Assembly: GCA_051294375.1 (NCBI GenBank)
Contig: CM119264.1
Coordinates: 22,655,826-22,719,825, forward strand
From: Paraspadella gotoi
Lineage: Eukaryota; Animalia; Chaetognatha
Direction: 5' to 3'
DNA length: 64,000 nucleotides
Shown here: positions 1 through 12,893 of the stretch, one piece after another
Layout of the letters: every line of letters begins with the position of its first letter
How positions within the stretch are numbered: position 1 is the first letter of the stretch
Translations under genes and position numbers: made by a program
The notes under the pieces: generated by a model
The model's input: only the letters and a program-made list of their open reading frames with translations
What the model was told of the DNA's origin: nothing
The model's database searches: none

Positions 1-680
1 AAGTAAGCTAGCTGGACTACTGGGAGTTGGAAAATAAATAATGTTAATGATTTTTTTTACAAAATATGAAGTCACTATGTTAGATAATTTAGCCACAATA
101 TTTGATCATTTCATTTCATTCCCATTTGAAATCTGTGTATAAGCTTCAGAATCATGGACTTATCTTACATCATACGTTTTAATAACTTTAAATTATTATT
201 AGGGATCTGGGGTAATCAAGTTATCCAGCTATCCCTCCGGATGCTCAGTATAATTTTTTTTAAATTTTTAATCTACTTCACGTATTGCAAAATATCATAA
301 GAAAAAAGATTAGTCTTAAATCTATCAGATTTTTTTACATGCAGCTTTGTGGTAGAGTACATCATTTTAAAAAATCATTGCTCTTAAACGGATGGCCCAA
401 TTTTATTAAAATTTATGCCAAACTTATCATTTTTTTTGCACAAGACTGTAAAGTGTTGAATTTCATTTGGCTTGACTTTTATGCAGAGAAAGAAAAAAAG
501 AAAGACGGAAGCTTCCATCAGGAGAAGCAACGACAGAGACGAAGACAGCGCTAGCGGCTGGAGGCACAACAAACTTGGATGTCTCAAATACAAAAACATT
601 TCGGGAAACGGGGAAAAAAAATTTGTGTGAAAAAAACGCGATAAGAAGAAATGTTTGGAATTCTTTCTAGATTATATTCT

Positions 681-765
<85 letters not shown>

Positions 766-1013
766 CTCTCTCTCTCACTCTCTGAGTCCCGACTAAAGAA
801 GAAGAACACAATAGAAAAAAAACGGAGAAAAAAAAAATATTTTTTACCAAAAAAAAACAATTTAGGTGAAGAAACAAGGATTAAGATCTCGCGACCATCA
901 ACAAGGGGAAGGGGGAGATGGGACGAAGAGACAGGGTGGCTGGGGTGGGATGGGGTGGTTGTTGAGGGCGGGTAAGGGTGAAGAAAAAAAAGGGGTTTTA
1001 ATGAGGAGACGAA
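1..1013. repeat. Copy 1 of a ~1 kb near-identical direct duplication (partner 3720-4725); includes the right end of the MITE (TIR ends at 448)
   Basis: Position 1 onward (aagtaagctagctggactactggg...) matches 3720 onward as far as ...gaggagacgaa. Differences are almost all 1-bp indels in homopolymers and microsatellites. The copy ends at the N gap. Confidence 0.95.
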
Positions 1014-1038
1014 NNNNNNNNNNNNNNNNNNNNNNNNN
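1014..1038. other. Assembly gap (25 N)
   Basis: Run of 25 N. Two further 10-N gaps lie at 7077-7086 and 50481-50490. Confidence 1.
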
Positions 1039-1281
1039 AAAAAAAAAAAGAACAAGATATAAAAGGAAAAAGAGAGGAAAAGAAAGGAGAGAAAAAAAGA
1101 AAAGAGAAAAAAAAGGTGAAGGCAAAAAGTAATGGAAAAAAAGCAATAAAAGAAGAAACGACTGCATTAAAGCGAATATCGTCAATAGATGACACAAATT
1201 CTTCATTAAAGAAAACACTTGACAAACTTTCTTAATCGTTTCCAAAAACCATCTATAGGTAAAAGTTTCTTTTGAGAATAG

Positions 1282-2336
1282 GCAAGATGCCTACGACAGA
1301 CTACGTCCCGCTCTCTTATCCTCCAAACCGACGTTTTTCTCCTATGCTTCTTCAACCGCCGAGCCCACCTCCTCTACAATAATCAGGATGATGAAGTGTT
1401 ACGATTAATTACCATTTCTTTCTCTTTACGTCTGTACATTGATATTTTGAGTGAATTCTCTCTCTCCATGATAACGAACTAAGCCAGTGCCGTTCATCGT
1501 TGACCTTTTGTTTTGAGTCTTGATCTCTCCGGCCTCAGATCGAAGTGGTATCCCGAGATCCACCATCACGCCCCCGGCGTCCCCATCATCCTCGTCGGAC
1601 GAAGACTGACCTTCGCGAGACGATAGTTGGCCAAAGGAAGCCACGCCGCCTCGGAGAACGTCCGGCTGCCAAGTGAGAAGTGACGAGAACTTTAAATTTC
1701 ACGGTCGCGGAATCGTCTGATTCCCGTTCTTTGGTCTCTAATTGATTCTACTTTATGCCGAAGATATAAATTGTGAATGTGAATGACACCAAAAAAATTA
1801 ATCGAAATAAACAACCCAAAGCTCGCAAATCTAATTCATCCGAGGAGTTCTTTTCTCTCAAAAATCAAAATAGCGCCCGCAACCGGTCCCCAATCCGGGA
1901 CCCCTGAAATTGCAAGTTAAAAAATAGAAAGATGCAGATAAAACACAAATAAAACTCTTTGCTTGTGGATGTCGATCGTCGGTGAAAGGATTGCAATTTT
2001 TTGTTCTTTTTTTTTTTTCTTTTATCTTTCCATCAAAATCTTTATCTTTATTTCTCAATTTTCCTCCCCTCTCCACGCCCAACCCAACCTCTAATTTCCC
2101 AACCTTTCCCCTTCTCTACCTTACACAAGACGATCCTCCCGGCGTTCGACCGTCTCCACGAGGAACGGCGTCCCCTCGCCACAGGAAGATTCGGGCCCGC
2201 GACCTATCCTCGAGTGCAGCGGCCCTCAAGCTGAAGGGCGTCGTCCGGATCTTCCACGAGGCCGTTTATGTCGGGCAGCGAAAGGGGGAGACGCCCGAGG
2301 AGCCCAAACGGCAGAGGACGTGTCGGATCGTTTTGA
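1282..2336 (+). pseudogene. Rac/Rho-family small GTPase, last three exons (~1282-1386, 1539-1672, 2130-2336), frameshifted (probably sequencing error rather than a true pseudogene)
   Basis: Switching frame at single-base indels gives [22 protein letters not shown] (switch II), [28 protein letters not shown] (G4 TKxD), and YLECSALKLKGVVRIFHEAV...KRQRTCRIV (G5 ECSA, polybasic tail, CaaX-like end). AG acceptors precede 1282, 1539 and 2130; a GT donor lies at 1673. Confidence 0.9.
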
Positions 2337-3271
2337 GGAGAGTCGGCAGCACGACGGGATACTTGGGGGCGGGGTGTCATGTGAACCGGAAATATTCGGA
2401 TTCGGCGATTACTCTATTATTGGAGAAGATTTTACTATCCAAAATTGCGAGAAATTTTAAAGCGGTCGAACGATTAGATTCATTTAATTACAGTAGAGTT
2501 TTCACGCCAGAATTTCCTTGATGGATTTTCCCTCGTTTTCACATCTTACAAGATACTACTAATTTTGTTTTATCAACAAATTTCAGTGGTCTTGAAATAA
2601 AAAAACTTAATAAAATAGCTAGTACGGTTATCTTATTTTAATTCTTATTTTTATTTAGTTCCTTCCCCTCTGAATGGAATAAACTACTAAAGCGCAGAGC
2701 ACTGTTCCTTTTGTCGTATTTCTATAAACAGTTAATCTGTGTTTCACAAAAATTACGGAAACAGGGCTTCAGCAAGGAAACACAAATACGAGCAAAAGTT
2801 GCCTATCAATTGAACCTTTATAATATTGGTCAATTGTTGTTTTTGCGATCTTACTCACTATAGAAACTGATATATATGCGTCTTGTTCGATTTAATTTAT
2901 CAAACCAATAAATTCTGAGAGCTATTTATAATAAATATAGCTAAGGTTTTGAATAAAGACAACAATGATTCGGAATTGACTGACATAAAAAAATATCTCC
3001 ATAATGAGACTGGTTATAATGATATAATCTATAACAAATATACGATTTGTTTTTTGATATTATATTCATGATTAGCTCGACTGAGAAATAAAAAACGTCG
3101 GGATTCGATCGCGCTGAATCACCAATAGACTTGATGTCACTCAAATTTATTAAACTTGTGTAAAATCGAGTGTGAATTGTTCGGCGCATCGTCTTCCCAA
3201 AAGTATAAATTATAAAATGAATTGAAAAGATACTCACATGGACAACACATATATCTACACTCTACATTCTA

Positions 3272-4163
3272 CAGTCTTGTGCAAAAAAAAAAAACGTGCC
3301 ACTTTATAACTTTAAATTCCAGACCCTCTTTGAAAACATTTTTAAAAATGATATAAAAAAATATTTTTTTAAAAAAAAGGAATCAATGGTGTCTAAATTT
3401 TTTAGAATTGGTCAGGTGGTTTAGGAGATATGATTTTTTAAAACTTGAGTGTTCAAAAAACCAAACGGTAAAATCGATTTTTATCTATATGGATTTTTTT
3501 TTAACTAAAAAAATTATAAATAAAAAAGGCTGTCATTGTAGTTGGAAAAAGCTTTAGATATTCAGATTGCTCAGACACATACTCCAATATCTATATCTAT
3601 ATATTTTTTTTTCATCAAAATTGGTACATCCAATATCTTATAATAAAAAGGTTTATTCAAATGCAAAAAATTTGTTTTTTTGAAAATTCGATCATGCATT
3701 GATAAACACATAATTAAGAAAGTAAGCTAGCTGGACTACTGGGAGTTGGAAAATAAATAATGTTAATGATTTTTTTTACAAAATATGAAGTCACTATGTT
3801 AGATAATTTAGCCACAATATTTGATCATTTCATTTCATTTCCATTTGAAATCTGTGTATAAGCTTCAGAATCATGGACTTATCTTACATCATACGTTTTA
3901 ATAACTTTAAATTATTATTAGGGATCTGGGTAATCAAGTTATCCAGCTATCCTCCGGATGCTCAGTAAATTTTTTTTTAAATTTTTAATCTACTTCACGT
4001 ATTGCAAAATATCATAGAAAAAAGATTAGTCTTAAATCTATCAGATTTTTTTACATGCAGCTTTGTGGTAGAGTACATCATTTTAAAAAATCATTGCTCT
4101 TAAACGGATGGCCCAATTTTATTAAAATTTATGCCAAACTTATCATTTTTTTGCACAAGACTG
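3272..4163. mobile_element. Non-autonomous Tc1/mariner-type DNA transposon (MITE), ~890 bp
   Basis: TA|CAGTCTTGTGCAAAAAAA at 3270 onward and TTTTTTTGCACAAGACTG|TA ending 4165 form perfect terminal inverted repeats that start CAGT, flanked by a TA target duplication. The interior is AT-rich and non-coding. Confidence 0.85.
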
Positions 4164-4402
4164 TAAAGTGTTGAATTTCATGGCTTGACTTTTATGCAGA
4201 GAAAGAAAAAAGAAGACGGAAGCTTCCATCAGGAGAAGCAACGACAGAGACGAAGACAGCGCTAGCGGCTGGAGGCACAAACAAACTTGGATGTCTCAAA
4301 TACAAAAACATTTCGGGAAACGGGGGAAAAAAATTTGTGTGAAAAAAAACGCGATAAGAAGAAATGTTTGGAATTCTTTCTAGATTATATTCTTTTCTCT
4401 CC

Positions 4403-4491
<89 letters not shown>

Positions 4492-4725
4492 CTCTCCTCC
4501 GAGTCCCGACTAAAGAAGAAGAACACAATAGAAAAAAAACGGAGAAAAAAAAAATATTTTTACCAAAAAAAAACAATTTAGGTGAAGAAACAAAGGATTA
4601 AGATCTCGCGACCAACACAAGGGAAGGGGAGATGGGACGAAGAGACAGGGTGGCTGGGGTGGGATGGGGTGGTTGTTGAGGGCGGGTAAGGGTAAGAAAA
4701 AAAAGGGTTTTAATGAGGAGACGAA
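3720..4725. repeat. Copy 2 of the ~1 kb direct duplication of 1-1013
   Basis: Base-by-base match to 1-1013 apart from scattered 1-bp indels. Confidence 0.95.
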
Positions 4726-5618
4726 AAGGGAATGAGGGATAAAGATTTGAGGCAAGAAGCATGAAATAGTTATGAGGTTGATAAAATCCAGAAATTGTAA
4801 ATTTAATTATCAAATAAAAATTAAATTAAATTCAACTATAAAATTAGATTAAGATAATGATCTCTTTCGATGAGACATCAAGCATCTCGCCAGAAAAAGG
4901 AAAGTGTCAAATCACTGAGAAATTTAGGGAACCCCAAGGCATCTCGGACTAACCAACGAAAGAACCTTTTTGTTCCTCCACTTTTAGCGTCTGTTTCATT
5001 TTATATAACCAACAAAAGTGGCTCTTTTTTAAGCGAGTTTAAAAAAAAAAAAAAGAACACCACCCAAAGGCAAAGAAAGAAAAAAAGGGTTTCTTCCCTT
5101 GATTTTGAAATCTCGGCGAAAAAAAACAAAGAAGATAAACCAGTAGTCGTCAAATCTCTTTTTCCGTCGACCTTTCTCGTTTTTTTTCTTATCTTTTTTA
5201 TCGATTTTTTTCCCTCAGAGTTTTTGGTTCTTTTAAAAACGAAAAGAAGATACAAAGAGAGAGCGAAGTGATGTGAGTCGATGAAGTGTGAACGCCTTTG
5301 GCGTCTTTTGGGGCGTGAGTTTTTAGTGAGACTTTACAAGATAAATTATTAACTACTTGTCATCGTACTGCCACTGTGTATCTTCGAGATTAAGAAAAAC
5401 GCTGTGATGTGTTTTTCTTAATTCCCAAACAATAAACTATTGTAAAAAAAAGCGATTCCAGATCCCATTTAACGTTTCTCCTTGACCTCTCTAATCTCTA
5501 TAGAGCAACCTTTTCTCTATCGCTAAAATCGATTCGTACTCAAAAGAAAAAAGAACAAGAGCGGAATCAACTAAACGAGTACAAAAAACCAAACAATCTT
5601 GTTGAGAACCGACGAAGA

Positions 5619-8600
5619 ATGTCGCGGGAGGGCGCGCCCGCCGCCGGTGAATTCGCTGCTGGTTCCAGCGCCGCAATCCGCAATCCAGGCTCCGCCCACG
5701 AAGCGCAGGACACCCATGATACCCACGGAGCCCAGGGAACCCACGAAGCTCACGAAGCCCACAGAGCCCACGGAGCCCACGAAGCTCACGAAGCTCACGA
5801 AGCCCACGGAGCCCACGAGGGCCACGAGGGCAATCACACGCACGGGAAAAAGAAAACGAAGTTAAAAGGACACTGGAATTTGGGCCATGAAAACAGCAGC
5901 AGCATGAGACAGGGTAAGGCGCCGCAGGCCGCAGCTGCCTTTTCTGTATCATCTTTGTTTTATTTATAAATAAGAGATTATTTATTTTGATGACTCCGCA
6001 ATTCGGTGAGATTCTTCTGTCTGCTCCCTCTATTACCAGAAGTCAACCCTGACCTCCCCCTCCCAAAAATAAAATATTAGATATAAAGATATGTAAAAAT
6101 ATTTAAAAAACAATATATATATATATAAATTAACTAGTAAAACTTTAAATATTAATATTTTAAGAAATAAAGTAAAACAAGTAATTTTTAAAATTGGCAT
6201 TCTTTTTTATTTTATACTTTAGTAAAGACTTTACATCGCAAAACAATCCACAAGTAACAGAAATAGCCCCGTAAAATAATGTCAACCGTTAATTATTTAT
6301 TTGGTGTGAAGTTAACTATGGAGCTAAGTGTGAGGTTAATTTTTGTTGTGTCCCAGGCGTAGTTCAAGTCCTCGACGAATACGATCCTTACAAGGCGGCG
6401 ATGCTCGAGGATATTACATCGGACAAAAATCTGTCGCAGCACGGGTCAGGTCGAGCCACCAAAGGGTAAGTCCTTTCGGGTCGCACGGGTCAGGTCGAGC
6501 CAAAGGGTAAGTCATAGCTAAAATGGGTCCAAAAAGTAAGAAAATTCCGTCTCGTTCCCTTTTTAATGGTTAAACTTTTAATATATCTCAATACAAAAAT
6601 ATATGATAATTGTAATTGGGCAATGAGCGGTTTCCAACGTTTCCAAAGAATTAACCGGCCAATTACGCTGCTTACACATCTAAGTACTCACTCTAGTCAA
6701 TCCACCAAATCCCCTCGCCCCAGAACTCACCATCGAAAGAGGGCGCCGAAGAAAGTGAGCTTCTCACATTCGACGAGGAATGTGACCGAAGTGAGTCTCT
6801 TAATGAATCACACGTTGATTGGGCCATTGTGCGTGAGTCGTGATTCAGAGACCAATACCAATACCTACGTACTTACAAAACTACATAAATACCTAATTAA
6901 CTTATACGCATAGAGTTTTTTTTACCGTTTTCAGAAATCCCTAGAATCATCGGCGTTGTCGTCAGAAGTCACGGCGCCGTTAACGCCCGCTTCTGTCTTA
7001 GGTTCCGACGAGACGATCCTTAGGTGAGTATATAAGTAAGTAGAAAGAAAGAAAGAAAGATAAAAGAAAGAAAGAANNNNNNNNNNAAAGAAAGAAAGAA
7101 ATAAAGTAAGACAGACAGAAAAAAAGAAAAAGAAAGAAAGAAAAAAGCATCCGATTTTTTTTCTCGTTGTTATTTTGTTCGATTTTTATTTTCCTTCAGC
7201 GTGAAAGGTTCTGCGGACAACGACGACGACGACAACGAAGACAACAATTACGACGACGAAATTGGAAACTTGTCTTACAACGTGATGCCGAAGGAAGTCG
7301 ATGAAGACGGCGAAAATGGATCCGGCGATTTTTCCGACTGGCGCCTCCTCGACAATTCCCACGAAATGACGACCAACTTTAATGAAACTCAGAAAAACTT
7401 CAATGGTGGAGACGTTGTTGTTGTTATTGTTATTGTTGTTGTTGTTGTATTCTTTTATTTAAAGGGGACAGAAAGAGAAGAGAGGAAACTTCCATTTTCT
7501 TGTCATGCTTTGTCTATTAAAATAAATTGACATATATTATAATGTTAGTTATAATGAAAGAAAAGATCGTTGGATCTCCTCCTTCAAATTTAGAGGAGGC
7601 GACGGAGGGCGCCGCCGAAGCCACGGAAACACAACCACAACAGCAAACGGATCAACCGCAGCCGGATCAACCGCAGCCGGATCAACCGCAGCCGGAACAA
7701 CAACAACAACCGGAGGAAAAGAAGGCGGAGGGAGAAGAGGAAGAGGAGGAAGATGAAATTTTGAGAAAATGTAATGAGGACGACGACGACGACGATGATG
7801 ATGACGATGATGACGATTACGATGACCACGATAAAGACGCAAATGATGACAATGATGACGACGACAACGATCTAAAAGAATCGAATTGAATCGTGGTCGT
7901 TTACAGCGTCGTCGGTTCATCGTCTCGGCTGGTCACCGCCGGACGTCGACCCGTTGCTCTTTTATCTCCAAAAGCCGCCAATGATTCATCTCAAGGATTT
8001 CGTGCAGGCCAGAGGTGAGAGGTCAGTGGTGAGAGGCCAGTGGTGAGAGGCCAGTGGTCAGAGAGATCAAGGTTAGAAGGGAAGGGAAGAGGGAAGAGGA
8101 GCGCGTCCGTGGCTCTTTAGAGATACCAGTCTTTAGGAACGAGAATGTAAGAATAGTGGTGACAAAAGGGTCGCCTGGGCCGAAGGAAATCGTTTTACCC
8201 TCCCCCTCCCTCTAGGCACCAAAATCGCGGCTTGGTTCGTCAACGTTGAAGTTCAAGTTAAGCTCAAAGCTAGGGTAAGTTCATGTCATGTCATGTCATG
8301 TCACACTCAACTACGAAAACCTTTACCTCACAGCGTCGATCGATGGAGAAACTTGGCGAAGATCCTTCGACGATAGATCCCGACAAATTTCGTCTCGATT
8401 ATTGGCTGACCATCAATCAGTTCATGGACGCCGTCGCTAGATGTCCTTGCAACGACGCCGCCGTCCTCAAGGAGTTGGGGATACACTGGACGCACGGGTT
8501 GTTCAGGGGTGGAGGTGGATAGATAAATGTTGTAAGAGGGGATAGAAAAAGGGGCGATAGAGAATGTTGAAAGGGGATACTCAGTTGAAATGTAGTTGGT

Positions 8601-8903
8601 TGAATTGACTAACCTAAAATGAAAAGAATGAAGTGAGGGGGAAATATGCGGAGAAACGATGAGGCGGTGAAAAAACCAAAGAGCCGAGGATTCTTCTCTC
8701 CTGTGAGGAGAATTCCGAGGTCAACGCCCTCGTCGGAGGTGGTCGGCTCTATTTAACCTTTCTTTTTTAATTCGTCCGTCGTTTGTTTTCAAAATAATTT
8801 TTTTTCCGAAAGAGCTTTTTACGTTTTTTACGTTACTCAACGAGATGTTTTAACGCGAACCAAAAGTTGGGAAAAATTAAGCTTTACGCGCATCACCGCC
8901 TTT

Positions 8904-8998
<95 letters not shown>

Positions 8999-11900
8999 AC
9001 ACACACAGCTTGGTCGAGGCGATTTGTCGCGAGGCGGCCGCCCGGGCCGACATGAAGTGGGTCCAGTTTTGGAACTTGAACACTCCGAAAGGCTGCATCA
9101 ACTATTTGGGTGATCTATTATTCAATTAGCTTTGAGAAAGCGACGAAGTAATGACTCCTCTCCCTGAAGGTCTCTTCTTCATCGGCGAGTGTGCCTCCTA
9201 CCAGGACATTCCCGCGGAAATGTCGGAGAGCGAACGACGAGCCAATTTACGGAAGCGGGCAAAGGATCGAGTCGAGATTCCGCTCGAAGTTCGTCAGATG
9301 ATCGAGTACAAGAAATGGTGGAACAAACAGGTCGAGCCACGCCCACTTATCTCCCTTCCTCGCCTATATTCTCTTTAAATCGGCATCTATCAATTATTCT
9401 CGCGATTCTCAGGTAGAGAAGGCACGCGACAGAATCGAGCAATTGCGCTACGAGGATTGGCTTCGTCATAAGCCCGACAGCGATTTGGGTAAGGAATCTA
9501 ATTGGAACCTCACTCTCGACTTCCAAGAACCGTCGAGAGTTTGTTACAAACCCTCCAGCGTCTTAAGGCTTGCGACAATTGGCCCTTGGCCGTTTTTTCT
9601 CACGGAGTCTTCGTCCGCTCCAACCAAACTATTGAAACCTACCCATTCAGAGTACGACTGGGACCTGACCCAACCATTCGAGCCTTACGTTCCTCCGGCG
9701 GGAGAAGATTGGAACATGAATCTCTACTACGACGCCTGCGCAGTTTTGGGGGTCATCCCTTGCTCCCCGTTTCTGAGGTTTCTTAGGATCGATGATTAGT
9801 TTATGTATTGTGGACGCATTCGTCACAGTATCACATTTCATTCTTTTTACTTATACGCGTTCATTTCTTTGTTTTTTTTTATTTAAGATGTCAATCATTT
9901 ACTAAGTCGTTCATTCATTCATTTATTCATTCATTAATTCATTAAATAATTCATTCATTCATTCATTCATTCATTAAATCATTCATTTATTCCTCCATGC
10001 CTTCATCTCCGCATTCCTTCAAAAACAATAAGTTTTGCTGTCGACATCAGTTCTAATCAATCCATCAATTTATCACCCACAGACAATTGCACAACACCAC
10101 CTGTTGGATGCCCCATTACACACTCGGTCCCATCGGCGCCAAAGCGATCGCCGTCCCGATCTTCAGCAACGAAGAGATCATACGTCTCAACATTTCCGAC
10201 AACGCGATCGGACCTCTGGGGGCCAAGTATATCGCGCAGGTGGAGATGGGGTGGAAAGGGAGGAGGAAGAGGAGGGAAAGAGTTGTGGAGGAGGAGAGAT
10301 GGAAAGAAGGAATTAAAGAAAAAATGACAGAATTTAATGGATGAAAGAAAACAAGAAAAAAATAATAAATGAAACAAGGAAACAAAAATTAAAAAAACAT
10401 AGAAAGAAAGAGAGAAAGAAAAAAGAAAAAAAAAGAAACAAAGTCAAAGAATTTTTTTTAAAAAGTAACAAAGAAAAAAAAGGATTTAATGTGAAAAAAA
10501 AATGAAGATAATGTAGGAAGGAATGAAAGCATGTTAGATAGTGCCACCAAGCATGATAGATAGTGGAGAAGCGCGCAACCAAGCATGCCAATCACTCTCT
10601 CTCTCTTCAGGCGATGAGAGAGAACCAAACTATCGAAGACCTCGACGTGTCCGACAACCGAATTCAGTCTGAAGGCGCCGTCATCTTTTGCACGGTCCTG
10701 CTAAGAAACTCCTTCCTCGTCAAGATTAATCTCTCGGGTGAAAATATATTTTGTTTGATTGTTTTGTTTTGTTTTTTCTTATTTTTGATTGTTTGGTAAT
10801 TTAATAAAAGTGTTAGTAATTGGAATATATTCTAGTATTTTTTTCTTTTCTTTTCTTTTCTTTTCTTTTCTTTTCTTTTCTTTTCTTTTCTTTTCTTTTC
10901 TTTTCTTTTCTTTTCTTTTCTTTTCTTTTCTTTTCTTTTATCGCCCACTTTCTTCCCTCAGGAAATCAAATCCGCGATCGAGACGCCCCCTACATAGCAA
11001 CCGTTTTAACTAAGAACACGACGCTCACCGATTTGGATTTGAGTCACAACGAACTCGGCGACCGGGCGGGAGCCATTCTGGGCCCGGCGATCAGGCGAGG
11101 CGCCTGTTGACTGAGTTGACTTGATAAAAAAAGTTGACAGTTGTTGAAAAACGATGGTATTTTGTTTCGCTTCGTTTTCAGTCGAAACAAAATTCTGCAC
11201 AACTTGAATCTCGGATGGAATCACTTCAAAGATCCCGGTTCCTTCTTCTTGCTCGGCGGGATCAGGAGAAATTTGTGAGAATTTTCTTCGACGTCGTTTT
11301 TGTAATTGTTGTTTCTCTTATAACTTATGCAATATGCAATATATAATTAAAACCAAGTTCTGGTAAATCAACTTTTTCGCTTCCCCTCTTTACCAATCGT
11401 TCCAACTCTTTTCGCCCCGTACTCTCCACTCCTTCCCCACTTTCTCTTCCCCTCTTTCTATTCCCCTCTTTTTCTTCCCCTCTTTCTCTTCCTCTCTTTT
11501 TCTTCCACTCTTTCTTTCCTCTCTTTTTTTCTCCCCTCTCTCACTTCCCCTCTTTTTCTTCCCTCTTTCTCTTCCCTTCTTTCTCTTCCCTCATTCTCCT
11601 CCCCTCCCCTCATTCTCCTCCCCTTCCCCTCTTTCTCTTCCCCACTTTCCACCGGTCTCTTCCCCTCCTCTTCCTCTCTATCTTCGTCTATCCTCTCTCT
11701 CTCCTCTCTACCCCTTCTTCCCTTGATTTATTCCCTTCCCCACTCCTCCCCTCCTCCCCTTATTCTCCCCTCTCCCCTTCCAGCAAATACCTAGAGACTG
11801 TCAATCTCGCCTTCAACGGTCTGGCCACCGCCGACGCGACGATGATCTACGAGATCATCAAGCGACATCGAACTCTCAAGGAGATCAACATCTCGGGGAA

Positions 11901-12417
11901 TCAGTTCACTCCTGACGACGGGGTCATCTTGGCGGGGGCCTTGAAGGGCAACAACAGGGTGAGACGTGAGAAGAGGCCCTGAGAGAATAACGCGCTCTTT
12001 TATGCTCACGAACATCGATTGTCCAAAAAAGTAATTAGGATTCTCAATATCTGTGTTTCGTATTTCTACGATCGATACTCAATTGATACCGCGTTGATCT
12101 TTCACACGGATGTTTGAAGAGCAGCTTCTTAATACTGGTGTAACGAGTCACAAAGATTTCACAAAGGACCAAACTTGTTCGCCTTTTATTTCGAAAGATT
12201 ATTTTTTATTGTATCCGTTCTCGGCCTTTCTCACTGGAGAATAGACTTCTCGTTCTCTTCTTGTTTCACTCACTTCACGATCACGACTCATCCTCTTCTT
12301 CATTTGAATTCTGACCCCAACTCTTTCGATTAACCGAACCCCATGACCCCCGAACTCGTGCCTCCTCTTCGGAAATGAGAAAAGCCTTCTCGATAAAAAA
12401 AAACATCCAGAGAGAAT

Positions 12418-12463
<46 letters not shown>

Positions 12464-12810
12464 CTTTCTGCGTCTAAACGACGATGTTATGTTTTTCTTC
12501 CTTTTCCTTTTTTAAGCTCATTAATTACTTCAAATTAACTTTTATAGTTTAGGCCCTCGGGGTTGGAAGAGTTGATTCGGTATTTTAAAAACATCGGTTA
12601 AGCTCTGACGCTAGCATTCCGATCGTGACAATGGAGAAAGAGAAAGAGAAAGAGAAAGAAAAAGGAGAAGAGCTTTTACGGTTTTAAAATATTCGAGAAA
12701 TATTACATACATGTTACTTTTTAATTATTTTTACTCGTATTTACGCCATCTGGACAGTTTATCGTCGGTGGCGTTTGGAGGTCGAAAACAGTTCAGCCGG
12801 TGGCCTGAAT

Positions 12811-12893
<83 letters not shown>

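Noticed and set aside
655-1245. ORFs with SLSLSL / RERERE / poly-K tracts (also near 4.3k, 8.9k, 12.7k, 17-18k and 23k)
   Set aside because: They are translations of (CT/GA)n microsatellites and A-rich tracts, not genes.
1982-2521. 179-aa ORF treated as a standalone gene
   Set aside because: It is the frameshifted last exon of the Rac-like gene plus intron and UTR read-through.
5599-5865. ORF with PTEPTKLTK repeats resembling a surface or mucin protein
   Set aside because: It starts at TTG and ends with no splice continuation. The overlapping ATG frame (His-rich) has a donor in phase with the next exon.
6351-6380. GGCGTAGTTCAAGT resembling a tRNA 5' end
   Set aside because: No cloverleaf or B box follows. 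It is the start of LRRC74 exon 2 (GVVQVLDEY).
7772-7889. Poly-Asp run in ORF 7527-7889
   Set aside because: More likely an intronic (GAC/GAT)n microsatellite: a phase-1 donor at ~7771 joins the acceptor at 7906 and keeps the gene open.
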